The position numbers and the translations under genes are program-made. The notes under the pieces were generated by a model. The model was not told the origin of the DNA. It saw only the letters and a program-made list of their open reading frames with translations, and did no database searches. Positions 48,935 through 61,860 of a stretch of DNA of 64,000 nucleotides are shown one piece after another. Source of the stretch: Felis catus. Its lineage: Eukaryota. Numbering within the stretch: the stretch's first letter is position 1; each line of letters begins with the position of its first letter. The stretch is taken from assembly GCF_018350175.1 (NCBI RefSeq), contig NC_058368.1, positions 179,368,001-179,432,000 on the forward strand. Direction: 5' to 3'.

Positions 48935-51282
48935 TCAATTTGCATTTTCATCAACAGTACATAAGTATTCCTTTTTCCCACATCCTTGCCGACACCTGTT
49001 GTTTCTTCTGTTGTTGATTTTAGCCATTCTGACAGGAATAAGGTGATATCTTATTGTAGTTTTGACTTGTGTTTCCCTGATGATAAGTGATGATGAGTAT
49101 CTTTTCATGGACCTGTTGGCCATCTGGATGTCTTCTTTGGAGAAATGTCTGTTCATGTCTTCTGCCCATTTTTTAATTGGATTATTTGGTTTTTGGGTGT
49201 TGAGTTGTGTAAGTTCTTTATATATTTTGGATACTAACCCTTTATCAGATAATATCATTTGCAAATATCTTCTCCCGTTCTGTAGGTTGCCTTTTAGTTT
49301 TGTTGATTGTTTCCTTTGCTGTGAGAGGCTTTTTTATTTTGATGTAGTCCCAATAGTTTATTTTTGCTTTTGTTTCCCTTGCCTCAGAAGACATACCTAG
49401 AAAGAAGTTGCTATGGCTGATGTCAAAGAAGTTACTGCCTGTTTTCTCTTCCAGTCTTTTTATGGTTTCAGGTCTCACATTGAGAATTTTTAATTTATTT
49501 TTGTCTATGGTGTAAGAAAGTGGTCCAGTTTCTTTCTCTTGCATGTTGCTGTCCAGTTTTCCCAATGCCATTTGTTGAAGAGACATTCTTTTTCCCATTG
49601 GATATTCCTTACTGCTTTGTTGAAGATTAATTGACCATATAATTGTGGATTTATTTCTGGATTTTCTATTCTGCTCCATTGATCTATGTGTCTGTTTTTG
49701 TGCCAGTACCATACTGTTTTGATCACTACAACTTTGTAATATAATTTGAAATTCAGAATTGTGATGCCTCAAGCTTTGCTTTTCTTTTTCAAGATTGCTT
49801 TGGATATTCAGGGTCTTTATGGTTCTATACAAATTTTAGCATTCCTTGTCCTAGTTCAGTGAAAACTGTTGCTGGTATTTTGATAAGGATTGCATTAACT
49901 GTGTAGATTGTTTTGGGTAGTATAGACATTTTAATAATGTTTGTTCTTCTGATTTATGAGCATGGAATGTATTTCCATTTCTTTAAGTTTTTATTCAAAT
50001 TCCAGTTAGTTAACATAAGGTGTAGTGTTAGTTTCAGGTATACAATATAGTGATTCAACACTTCCATACATCACCCTGGGCTCATCACAGCAGATGTACT
50101 CTTTAATCCCCATCACCTGTTTAAGCCATCCCCAACTCATCTCCCTTCTGGTAACTGTCAGTTTGTTCTCTATAGTTAAGAGTCTCTTTCTTGGTTTGCC
50201 TCTCTCTCATTTTTTTCTTTGCTCATTTGTTTTGTTTCTTAAATTCCACACATGAGTGAAATTATATGGTATGTGTCTTTCTCTGACTGACTTACTTTGC
50301 TTAGCATAATACTCTCTAGCTTTATCCATGTTGTTGCAAATGGCAAGATTTCATTCCTTTTTATGGCTGAGTAATATTCCATACATACATACATATATAC
50401 ATACATACATACATATATACACACACAATTGTATATTGTATATATACCTCCATGATGTTTTGTCTTTTGATTTCTTTGTGTTATCTTCAGTTTCTTTCAT
50501 CAGTGTTTTAGTTTTCAGAGTATAAGTCTTTCACCTCTTTGGTTAGGTTTATTCTTAGGTATCTTATTATTTTGGATGCAATTATAAATGGGATTGTTTT
50601 CTTAATTTCTCTTTCTTCTGCTTCATTATTGGTGGGAATGCAAACTGGTACAGAGATGGTGAACAACAGTACAGAGGTTCTTCAGAAAGTTAAAAATAGA
50701 ACCTACCCTGTGATCCAGTAGTCACACTACTAGGTATTTACCCAAAGAATTCAAGAACATTAATTAAAAGGGATACATGCACCCCTGTGTTTATAGAAAC
50801 ACCATTTACAATAACCACAATATGGAAACAGCCCAAGTGTCCATCAATTGATGAATAGGTAAAGAAGTTGTGGTACATATATAATGGAATATCACTCAGC
50901 CATAAAGAATGAAATCTTGCCATTTGCAACAACATGGATGGAGCTAGAGAGTATTATGCTAAGAAAAATAAGTCAGTCAGAGAAAGACAAATGCCATATA
51001 ATTTCAGTCATGTGTGGAATTTAAGAAACAAAACAAACAAGCAAAGGGGAAAAAAAAATAAGAGAGAGCAAAATCAAGAAACAGACCCTCAATTATAGAG
51101 AACTGATGGTTACCAGAGGGGAGGAGGGGGGTTGGGGGCTGGGTGAAATAGGTAATGGGAATTAAGGGAGCACATGTGATGAGCCCAGAGTGATGTATGA
51201 AGTGTTAAATCACTACATTGTACTCCTGATACTAAGGTAACACTGTATGTTAAATAATTGGAACTAAAAACTTAAAAAAATA
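48935..51282 (+). mobile_element. Carnivore L1 3' portion with 5' inversion (inverted segment 48935-50634, sense segment 50629-51282)
   Basis: Minus-strand ORF2 remnants ([35 protein letters not shown]), then plus-strand ORF2 end, 3' UTR and A tail. Confidence 0.9.
49985..50460 (-). mobile_element. Second carnivore L1 3' fragment inserted in the inverted segment, with (TACA)n near its 5' end
   Basis: 3' UTR homologous to 50885-51280; degenerate 17-bp TSD tgtatttccatttcttt / tgtcttttgatttcttt (49968-49984, 50461-50477). Confidence 0.85.
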
Positions 51283-52669
51283 ATAGAGGAATACTTTTAA
51301 AAAACTGATGGAATCAAAATTCCTAGCATAGTTATAATATCATTGATTATCTATACTCATAATTAAGGATTGGAAGGGATTTGTGTAGTGTAATTGTTCC
51401 TTTAGGACAATGGTCTTAAGGAGTGATGCATTTTCTTGTATATTTTTCTTTGAAGTTTTGTGAAGAGTTTTTGGACAATAAGTACTAAAGTCTTCAATTC
51501 AGACAACAAAGACATTAAAGTAATTTAAGGGGCATTTTTCTGTGCTGGGACAGCTTTGAGGGAGCACATGGAGTATAAGTTAGGCCTTAAAGAATGGGAA
51601 GGATTTAGAGAAGTACAGAACGCATTCCAAGCAGGACAAATGGCATAAGGGTTAGAGACAGGTATTTCAAAGGAACAATAAATAAAATAGTCTGTCTGGA
51701 AAAGGTTCAGATGTATTCATGTATGTGTCAGCTGTATAAAACCAGGCCCTAGAAAGTCTGCTTTTGGCATGAAATCAAATTCAAATAAGTAATAGTTGGA
51801 AAAATTGAAACTAATTTGAAGCTTTACTACAGCTGTTTAAGGAAATACTAAGGCTCTGCTCCTCCTCACCAATCTTTCTCTCCTCTTAGGTTCTCATTTC
51901 TTCTGGCAAATTATTCTCTCCCTGTTTCAGCCCTTCTCTACTTCATTAATTACCTCAGTCTTCCCATTAAGTTTCAGGACAGAGTCGAGTGGGAACCAGA
52001 ATTTTCCTTAGTAGGCTCAGGAGAGAAATGGGCTGGATACTAATGCAGATATCTTTTGTTTGGTACACCTGGTAATAATAGTCACACCCACACATAACAG
52101 TTCTGTCAATAAGCAGTTTCTCTACACTTCCTTTCCTTTCCAACTCTGTAATATTAAATTATGTTCATTTCTTCATTTTTTGGTGTGTTCGCCCTTGCAT
52201 TAGGTCTTGTACTTGCTACCAACCCGCATATAATATGCAATTCCTCTATCTTTTACCTACCCAATTAGTGGTAATCCTGAAGGATTAATTTTAGAAGTGA
52301 CTTCACCCAGAAGTCTTACCTGATCACATGAGCTGGATTAGTTGCCTCTCCCCTTTAAACCCATAGTACCAGATACTACCTCCTAGTACCTTACCTGGTA
52401 CCTGGTACCTGGTACTCCTGGTACTTTAGCACTTACTACATTATCTTATCATTGCCTATTTTACCTGTTCTGTCTCTACTGGACTGTGGAAGATTTGAGG
52501 ACAAGCCCTAAGTCTTATTTGGGGGATGTGTGTTTGTAATTATATATATTTATATTTATATAGGCATATATAACAATATATTTATGTTTATGCATGTAGC
52601 ATACATTTCTGATGCATTTATATACATATATATTTATTTTTTAGTGTTCCTTTTATATTTTTGGATAAA

Positions 52670-53125
52670 TTAATGCATTTATAAGCAACTTCTATGTAGC
52701 AGGCACTATATTAAGCAATTTGCAAATATCTCTTTTCCTGCTCTGACCAACCGTATAAAGTAGAACTTACCCTTTATTATCAGAAGAGAAATCTGTGGTG
52801 CTGGGGTTAGTTAAGCCTCAGTTGGTTAAGCCTCTGACTCTGACTCTTCATTTTGGCTCAGGTCATGATCTTGAGGCTTGTGAGATCGAGCCCTGTGTCA
52901 GATTCTGCACTGACAGTGTGGAGCCTGCTTGGGATTCTCTTTCTCTCCCTCTTTTTCTGTCCCTCCCCGACTTGTGCTCACACTCTCTCTCTGAAAATAA
53001 ATAAATAAACATTTTTAAGAACACAAAATACAAAAGAGAAATCTAGGGCTCAAAGAGATGTGGTGCTTGACCAAGGTCACACAACCAGGAAATGGCAACA
53101 ACAAAATTGAACCCCAGACTGTGAT
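52670..53125 (-). mobile_element. MIR interrupted by a SINE
   Basis: ctatgtagcaggcactatattaagca...agagaaatct|agggctcaaagag...ttgaccaaggtcacacaa. Confidence 0.8.
52795..53033 (+). mobile_element. Can-SINE with a rearranged head
   Basis: TSD aagagaaatct (52784-52794, 53034-53044). Confidence 0.93.
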
Positions 53126-53564
53126 TGGTTCATGTGCATGCCTCAGCATAAGGCTTAAAAAGTCCATTATGAGACTGCCTTCAGTGGGGTGGAGGGAGAA
53201 GATGTGTTATCAGATAAGAAGGTAGGCTCTGCTTGGGACTGTCATCCAGGCCTTTGGTTGGCCGTAGGAAGAAGAGCTTGTGCCAGCTAGCTGTTGCTGA
53301 TTCAATCAAATCCTGCAAAAAGATGGGTGGAGAATGGATGCAACCACACATTCATCACCTGTGGTTAAGGGACTCTTGTTTATTGATTTTTTCACTTCCC
53401 TTATGATGAGACATTTAAATATAAACAGCACTTTTTTCAATAATGATCTCCTGTCCTCCCTCAAAGGACTGTGAATGAGTCTGTATAGTGGGTCTCTGAA
53501 GTGACAAGCATATATTCTCTTTTAAAAGTTATAACAATTGTATAAAATAGTATGAGCTTCAAAC

Positions 53565-54340
53565 AGTGGCTGTTACTAAGAACCACATACTTAGTGGCTA
53601 AAACAACACAAATTAAGTTCTGTAGGTCAGAAGTGCAACATGTGTGTCACTGGGCTAAAATCAAGGTGTCAACAGAGATGCATTCTTTTTTAGAAGTTCT
53701 AGGGGAGAATCTGTTCCCTTGTCTTTTCTAGTTTTTTTATTTTTATTTATTTATTTATTTTATTTTTTTTTTTTTAACGTTTATTTATTTTTGAGACAGA
53801 GAGAGACAGAGCATGAACAGGGGAGGGGCAGAGAGAGAAGGAGACACAGAATCTGAAACAGGCTCCAGGCTCCGAGCTGTCAGCACAGAGCCTGACGTAG
53901 GGCTCGAACTCACAGACTGTGAGATCATGACCTGAGCCGAAGTCGGACGCTTAACCGACTGAGCCACCCAGGCGCCCCATCTTTTCTAGTTTTTAGAGAT
54001 GACGTGCGTTCCTTGGCCTGTGACCCATTCCTCCATCTTCAAAGCCAGCAACATTAGGCCAAATTCTTCTCATGCCGCTATCTCTCTGGCACACTTCCAT
54101 TGCCACACTGCATCCAACAACAACCAGGAAAGATGCTCCAGCTTTAAGGATTCATATGATTAGATTCCTACCCACCCCCACCCCCCCAGGATAAGGCAGG
54201 ATAATCTCTGCATCTCAAGGTCCTTATTCTTAATGACATTTGCAAAGTTTCTTTTGCCACATAGGGTAACATATGCCACAGGTTCTGGGGATTAGAATAT
54301 GGACATATTGGGGGGGGGTGCTATTTTTCTGTTTGCCACA
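53565..54340 (-). mobile_element. MaLR LTR (MLT1D/E-like) split by a SINE
   Basis: cttagtggctaaaacaacacaaatt...ctgggctaaaatcaaggtgtc...cctccatcttcaaagccagcaa...aggttctggggattagaatatggacat. Confidence 0.85.
53737..53978 (-). mobile_element. Can-SINE
   Basis: TSD tcttttctagttttt (53722-53736, 53980-53994). Confidence 0.97.
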
Positions 54341-54344
54341 ATGT

Positions 54345-54495
54345 AACCCATTCTGCAAATGAGGAAACTAAGACTCAGAGAGGTGAAGTGACTTTTCCAC
54401 AGTCCCAGATCTAGTTAAGTGACAGATTTGAGGTTCAGACTTGCGTCTTTGTGACTCAAAAGTGCTCACTCTTTCTGGAACAGCAAGCTGCCTCT
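54345..54495 (-). mobile_element. MIR
   Basis: cccattctgcaaatgaggaaactaagactcagagaggtgaagtgactt. Confidence 0.85.
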
Positions 54496-54744
54496 TCTAA
54501 CCTTTCTGTAGCGGTCATAGAACTGGGTGTCAGTCTTGAAGAGGTGGCAATTTATAGAATGTAATGAATGGATGTCTTTCTAATTGGGAGCAGGGAAGCA
54601 TCCTTGAATAATGAGAAAACAGAGACCCCTTACTGATCAAAAGGATAATGTTGCATTTTATCTCAGGGGTCTTTTTACGGTTTCCTAGCACAAGTTACAC
54701 TGGGGGTGAGCACTACCACATATTAGCTGTCAGACCATGGCACA

Positions 54745-55123
54745 TTTATTAGTCAGCTTGGGCTGCCATAGCAAGATACCACAGACCGGGTGGCTTAAAC
54801 AGAATTAGTTTTCTCAAAGTTCTTGAGGCTAGAATTCTAAGACCAACGTATTGTCAGGGTTGATTTTTTGTGAGGCCTCTCTTCTTGGCTTATAGATGGC
54901 CAACTTCTTGCTCCATCCTCACAGGGCCTTCCTCAGTGTGTGCAGAGAGAGAGAGAGTGCTCTGGTGTCTCTTCCTCTTCTTACAAGGACACAAGTCCTG
55001 TAAGAATCGGTCTCTACCCATATGCCCCCATTTAACCTTATTACCTCCTTAATGCCCATATTTCCAAATACAGGGGGTTCAACTGATACAGATTTTGAGA
55101 GGACACAATTCAGTCATAATACA
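54745..55123 (-). mobile_element. MaLR solo LTR (MLT1A-like)
   Basis: tattagtcagcttgggctgccatagcaagataccacagaccgggtggcttaaac...ggacacaattcagtcataat. Confidence 0.88.
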
Positions 55124-55659
55124 TTCAAGAGATAGTAAATATTGGCTGAATAAAAGACTGAATTAATTAATAAATTTATTGAGCAAATATTATATACCAG
55201 ATATTTATGAGGACTCAACATTTGTTGTTCTTTCAATCCTTAGAAAATTGTATGGTATAAGGCTTATTATCCATACTTCTCTAGGCGTTGATACATTGAG
55301 CTGTAATCCAAAGTAGTCTCATAATTTCCTTTCATATTTAAGAATCTGTGATCCTCTTAATTGCCTTCTGTGTCCTGTTCAGGGCCCTGTTTTCCAGACC
55401 AAAGATCATGATTTTTAAGAGCCTTGGCTTCTTTTATACAAGACTTACAAGTTATTTTCCCTTGATCTTGTATGTAGATCAGCCTTCCACAGGAGGTATA
55501 ATAATCCGAGTCAGCATTTTCATTGACCTGGAGGTCAATAGAGCACATTACCTGGAGTGCATTACCTAAAGAGGTTATGATGGAGGAGGCCTATGTAAGC
55601 AGAGAAGTGTGCTATATATACCCCTGCAGAGCACCAGCCTACTCAAGTGCTTGCTTTGC

Positions 55660-56480
55660 ATTGACTCAGACCAACCTATTGAACATCTGTTATATCCCAG
55701 GTGCCAGGATTATAGAAATTACTCTACCCTAATGTGTTTCTAGTCTAGCCAGATAGACATACAGGTAAATTAGCGAGTGCAATCTAATATGCTATAGAGT
55801 GAAGAGCTAGGGCTATAAAAGTATAGAATAGGGGCATCTAAACAAGTCTGGAAGGGTTGGGAAAGGCTTCCTGGGAAAGGTGATGCTTGAACTGAGTATA
55901 CAAGGATGACAAATATGTAGCCAAAGGAAGAAAGTGGAGGGAGGAAGAAAGGGTGATTGAATTATAACTGTCATTCCTGTGTGTGCACAGCAAGAAAGAG
56001 GGCAGTATGTGTCCAGGTACTTCAAAATGAATGTAACTCTTCATCTGTTAATTCCACTTCTATGAATTTACCCTGCAGAAGTTACTAGACATGCATGTAA
56101 AGATTTATGTGTATAGATGTTCTTTTCTATATGATTTATAATAACAAAAATAGAAATAGCCTAAATGTTTATAGTGAATTGGATAAATGAACCCATATGA
56201 TAGAATATAATGTAGCTATTAAAAGCCATATTTAATAAGAGGAAAGTGCTCAAGCTGTAGTAAGTAGGGAAAAAGTAGTTTGAAATATGATCTCAATATT
56301 GTGTTAAAATTGGATGTAAAGTAGGACAAATGCATATTAGTTATATAAGTTCTGCATGAAAAAAATATTGGAATGAAATACATCAAAATGGTCAGTGGAT
56401 AGTAGAAATATTGATTTAAATTTTTTCTCTTTTTGCTCTTTTAGATTTTCTACAGAATAATTCATTATAACTATAATTTT
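55660..56480. mobile_element. L2 fragment (-) followed by an old L1 3' fragment (+)
   Basis: tattgaacatctgttatatcccaggtgcc...ggaaaggcttcctgggaaaggtgatgcttgaactgag; taattccacttctatgaatttaccctg. Confidence 0.65.
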
Positions 56481-58565
56481 AATGTAAATTTAACCCCTCA
56501 AAACGGTAAAGTGTTGCTATTTGCCACTCACGCGTCCCTTCACATCCTGCCAGTGCTATATATCCCACTCATGCTGGGGCCCCAATCTCTATGTCACCAT
56601 CTCTACCTGGTTTTGTGCACTTGTCTGCAAGAGAGACCAGAAACACAATTCAGAAATGGTACTTCTATTCCAGTGCCCACAGCTTTCTTTTTTCCATGTC
56701 CCTTTCCACCTCTTCTTGATCTCTTTTCCCCAGAAGTGTCCCATTCTGCCCACGTGACTTTCTTGATCAACCCTACTTTTAGGGAATAAAATAGAGCTTT
56801 AAGGATAGCTAAATATCCCTAGATATTATTGTAACCTCCATTTTACTGATGGGTGCACCAAGGCCTGAGGGAAATTCAAGAACAGGCCCAAATTCACCTG
56901 ATTACTAAGTGCTGGAACATGGATTTGAGTGCAGGAAGTCCCTGTGCACACTACAGACTCCTGAAGAGATGTTGATACGTAACCAGAAGCAGAACCTTTC
57001 CCAATAAGGTGTGTATTTTAGTAGAAGACAAAATTTTCAACTGACTTAGACCAGTGCAATGGGACTGAGACAGAGAAGTTAATATTAGGAAGTGCTGGGT
57101 CTCCCATTCCGATGAGATTCTCAGGGTCTGCTGTAGACCTGTTGACATGTGGATCTTTATGTTCCTATTTCTTTGAAGCTCACTTCTGGGCAAAACGCCC
57201 ACAGAATAATAAGAATTAGGCTCCTGCATGTAGCTGAGAGGGTGTGCCTGTAGAAAGGGCACATAGAACTGTGTTCCATGATTCTGCAATTTCATAAGCC
57301 TCCCTGTTATTATTTTTCCTCATGTCATGGAGGGGAAACCCAATCTGTAAATAATGATATGAAGAAAAAAAAGAAGAAAAAAAGCTAGCTTGCAAAAGAG
57401 CCTAGCCAGAGCTTTTAGCAGGTTGAGTACCTTGGATGGATCAGTTTCTGTGTGAGCAATCCTGAAGAGGTCCCTCAGTGGGACAAACCCTTTCTATTAA
57501 GGTCACCATGGGCATCAGAGGCAGAGGCCTAGGCCTGAAGGCAAAGTTAGCACTCAGCTTTGTATAAGCTGAGGTTTCAGGGAGCTCCAGCTCATTGGCA
57601 TTCACCAACTCTACCGAGTCCAAGGTGACCTTTTATATTTATGCCATGTATTCTATCCGGTCAGAGTGCGTGGTGGTTTATGCAGCCCTCTAAGAGAACT
57701 TTTTGGACTGCCTGAAAAGGAAATCAATTGTTAGAAGGCCAGGCTTCTGGCCAGGAGATGTCTTTTCAGCTTTAATGTAGGTAGCCTGAAGCCGAGATAA
57801 TGGCTGTAGTAATATTAATAATACCCAGTTCAGTTTCACATACATTGACTCAGGGGCAAAAGAAGCATTTTAAAGCCTACATTGAGGTGCTTGGCCTATT
57901 GTTTTTGTCACAGGAAGGCATTGCTTTATCAGTCATTTTGATTTCCTCTCCATGTTTGCGTTGTACCTTCAGTCAACAGGATAAGATGAGTATGACCCTA
58001 AAGGCCTGTCCCCACTCCACCCTGTTTCTGATACAAGGCATGAGTCACCCACTACAGAATCAAGATATAAAGGCCATAAGCCCATGCTATCAATTTCCAA
58101 AATATGAAACAGAAGGAGCATTCTAATGGATACCTGCAAAATAGTTGCCCCACCTTTTGACTAGAAAAAAGTCATTGGGTTGAGAAAAAAGGAAGGAGAC
58201 TCAACAATGTAAGACTGATAAACACAGCAGACTCCATTTATCAGAAGGAGCCAGGTGGCAGCTAAAATAGCACCCATTTCTCTTTGTCACAATCAGTGAG
58301 GATGATCCAACCATTGGCTGGGTGGTCCCCAATAACCAGGAAATGATTTTCTGGGCTTAAGACCCCCATACAACCACCCCATGCAGACAGCCCTCATTTA
58401 ATGGCCCAGGATTCTCAGCATCCTTGAATGGACTCTGCACTCCTAGAGGCCATGTCTTAGCATGAGAGGGAGGCTCCTGTCTCATGCTGGTGGGACTAGA
58501 TAGAACTAGACCTGGAATTCTTATGATGCCAGAGGCAGAGGTGGAAATCACAGACACAGTTTTAT

Positions 58566-58632
58566 GTGCGTGCGTGTATGTGTGTGTGTGTCTGTGTGTG
58601 TCTGTGTGTGTGTCTGTGTGCGTGTGCCGTGC
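58566..58632. repeat. Imperfect (GT)n microsatellite
   Basis: Directly visible. Confidence 0.9.
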
Positions 58633-58962
58633 GCTCTGTTATCCTCCCTGTCTCAGCAGTGATGAATAGTTGGAAAGAGTCCCAAGCAGGGCATAGAAAC
58701 CTCACTTTTGGTACTTACTCAAAAGGACTAGCCTATGCATTGGAGTAAGTCCTTCCAGTTTCCTCTCTGCATATTGGCTACCTTAAGCAAAAATATCAGG
58801 CCAAGTGATTTCCATCAGCTCTGCAGTTAAATCATCTGCTCTCCTTTTTCCTAACATATGCCCTTGGGCAAACTGACCTTCACCTCTATGAACCTCAGTT
58901 CCTCATATATGCATTGGGGATTGAAACACTTATTCAGAAAACAAAATAAGACATACATAAGA

Positions 58963-59109
58963 CAGTTGTTGTCAACTCTGGTGCATGTTGGAATCCTCTG
59001 CAGAGCTTTAAAAATACTGATACTTTGGTCCCACCTCCAAAAATATAATTTAGCTGGTGTGCAGTACAGCTTCCAGGTGATTCCAATGTGAAGCCAAAGC
59101 CGAGAACAC
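58963..59109. mobile_element. MER5-like hAT MITE
   Basis: cagttgttgtcaactctggtgcatgttggaatc...gagctttaaaaatactgat...ccaggtgattccaatgtgaagccaaagccgagaacac. Confidence 0.8.
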
Positions 59110-59864
59110 ATAATATAAAAAGAATAACACATTTTCTGGCCCCCAAACACATTTGATGTTGGAAATTCTTCAATAATGCCCCCCAGGAAGGTTCCTGATA
59201 CTTCGGGCTTGGTGAAGAAATCTACGGCCATTAATGTGGCTACTAAAGTCATGGCAAATGCAGCCAAATGTGTCCACGGCAGAAGGGTTCAGATGCAATA
59301 CTATGTGTTTAAATCCTGTTTTTAAAAAATAAGTAATACTTGTTCTCAATGTAGAAAACTTGGAAGCCACAGGAAATTATGAAGAATTCCATCACTGAGG
59401 GCCAACCACCATTAATAATTTGATGTATCTTCTAGGTTTTCCCCACCATAGCTAAACTGAACAATTAATTTAATCAATAGGTATTTACTAGTGCTTATTA
59501 TGTATCTACAATATACCAGCACTTTTTGGGCTGCTAAACTAATTTATCACAGTGAACAAGACAAACTAGAATATAATTTTGCATTCTACTTTTTTCACTT
59601 GACATTTTAGTTCAAGTGTGTTTTACCACCTTATTAAATATTCTTTATAAATCCATAGTTGTTAAGGACTAGATCATAATCCATTTCATGATCATACTAC
59701 AATATAGCCACTGTTGGACATTTAAATTATTTCTTATAACTGCTCAGATCTTGGAAATAAATTTTAAAGCATTTCATTGGAGAAATTTTAAAATATTATT
59801 CCTACATCTTAGCTGACTATCTTTTACCTTTTGAACTAGGGGTAGAACTCAGCCATTTTTCGTG

Positions 59865-60130
59865 AAGCTTGTTTCCCCTGATATCCACATGGCTCCCTCC
59901 CTTGTTGCCTTCAGATCTTCACTCGAGCTTCACCTGTGGAGTAAGGTCTCCCTCTAGGTCTCCCTACCCACATCCTGCTTTATTTAACTCCGTAGAACTT
60001 GTGTCATACTGTCTATTTTGCTTTTTGAATTTTGTTTATTATTTGTGTGTGTCTGCCTGAACATAAACTCCACAAGAGTAGAGATGGTTCTTCAGTTCTG
60101 TTCACTACTATATCCTTGGTGCCTAGATAG
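59865..60130 (+). mobile_element. L2 3' fragment
   Basis: atatccacatggctccctccc...acataaactccacaagagtagagat...tctgttcactactatatcc. Confidence 0.75.
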
Positions 60131-60859
60131 GGGATTTGCTGTGTGAATCAGAACATTTGTCACAGACCATGCCCAGCAAGGATGGGAAGGATGGAACATA
60201 TGCTGTTGGAGGTACTGAGAGAAGGCTTGTGTGGCAGAAACCCGGAGAACAATAGAGCCCAGTTTCAGAATAATGGTTGAGAGTAAACTCTCTTCTACAT
60301 TTGACTGTTCTCTTACCAAACTTGTACTGGGACCTAGCATTAGAAATGCCTTGCTCTGGGAAGCTGAGAGTAAGTTTCCTGCATCAGCATTAGAGCCTTT
60401 CTTTCTTCAGAAAAGTTGACCCTGAGATTGTTTACAGTGATTGGTTCAGCTCAGTATCCATGGATAGAAGTAACTCCCAAGAATTAAATGGCCCTAAGCA
60501 GCCACAAAGGCCTGGGCTTAAGATGTCAACTGTTGGTAGGAAGTGTTCAATATCAGCCAAATCGAGACCTTTGTCTTTTTGGCACATGGGTCCCTGGCAA
60601 GGGTGCCAGATGCCTGTAGCCCAGTGAAAGGATGGCTCCTGTTCCCTGTGCCTGAGTCCAGCCTCCTTGGGGAACCCTTTGTTATTTATGGGCAGAATGG
60701 CAGACAGATCAATGAAATCATTCTTAATACCTAAACCTTGTTAAGCCATAACAATGACCCAGCCTAGGACTGAGGCATTTAGTGAAATGTTCTAAAGACA
60801 GCAAAAGGGCAGGGAAGGTGACCGGTAGTTACATTGTGTCTGCCAGAGCCAGGATCTGA

Positions 60860-61858
60860 TTTATTTATTTGTTTATTATTTGCTTATATACTATAACTCA
60901 AGATAAAGCACACACAATTTTTTAAAAATCAAATAAGGTAAAGGATTAAGAGTTGAAATTTTCCTTTCCCCACAGCTCTCTGCTCTCCTAGCTTTCCCCA
61001 CCCAAAAGAAACCAGTTTTACAATTTTTTATACAATCTTTTCAGAAATGTGTGCTTGTGTGTGCATGTTTATGCAAATGGAAGTATACTATATGTTTTAT
61101 GCACCTTGCTTTTTTTCCTTAATGTAGCGTAACAAATGTACCATAGCAGATGAAATAGATCTTAATTTTTAAGTGTTTTATCATAATCTATTATTTAACT
61201 GAACTATAATTCATTTAACCAACTTCCTATTGATGGAGTTTAGATGTTTTCAATTTCTGCAGTTATAAAAATTGCTGTAATGAATAACCTTACATATGTT
61301 TTTAATATTTTTTCCTGATTATGAAAAAAATACTTATCTGTATAGATAAATAAATACATATAAACAAAAAAAATAACATTTATCTAGAGATCACCATCAT
61401 TAATACTTATTTCCTTTGCCTTTCTTCTTAGTACTTTGTTTTCATGTTAATTTGTATAGTATAATATTCTATTCTTCACTTAACTTTCATTTGTTGTGAG
61501 CATTTTCCCATGTCACTAAACACTCTTCAAAAACAACATTTTAGAACACTACAGACTTTTCCATAATATGGCTATATTTTGATTTGACTATTGTCCTGCT
61601 ATTGGACATTCTAGTTGTTTTTGTTTGTTTGTTTGTTTGTTTGTTTGTTTGTATATGTAGCACTTCAACACACACATTTATTCATAATCTTTGCCTGGGT
61701 TTCTACTTCTACTAAGGGAAGGTTACTTGAAGAGGAGAATGAACTTCCCTTTAGACCCTTAGCACACATTTTCAATTTGCTTTCTAGATAATCTGTGTCA
61801 ATTTACACTGCTATCAAGGTGCCAGTGAATGTCCATCTCACCTACCTCTTGCTAATGT
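60860..61858 (-). mobile_element. Old L1 (L1ME/MC-like) fragments with (TTTG)n
   Basis: ataattcatttaaccaacttcctattgatgga; ttttcaatttgctttctaga...caatttacact. Confidence 0.6.
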
Positions 61859-61860
61859 TG

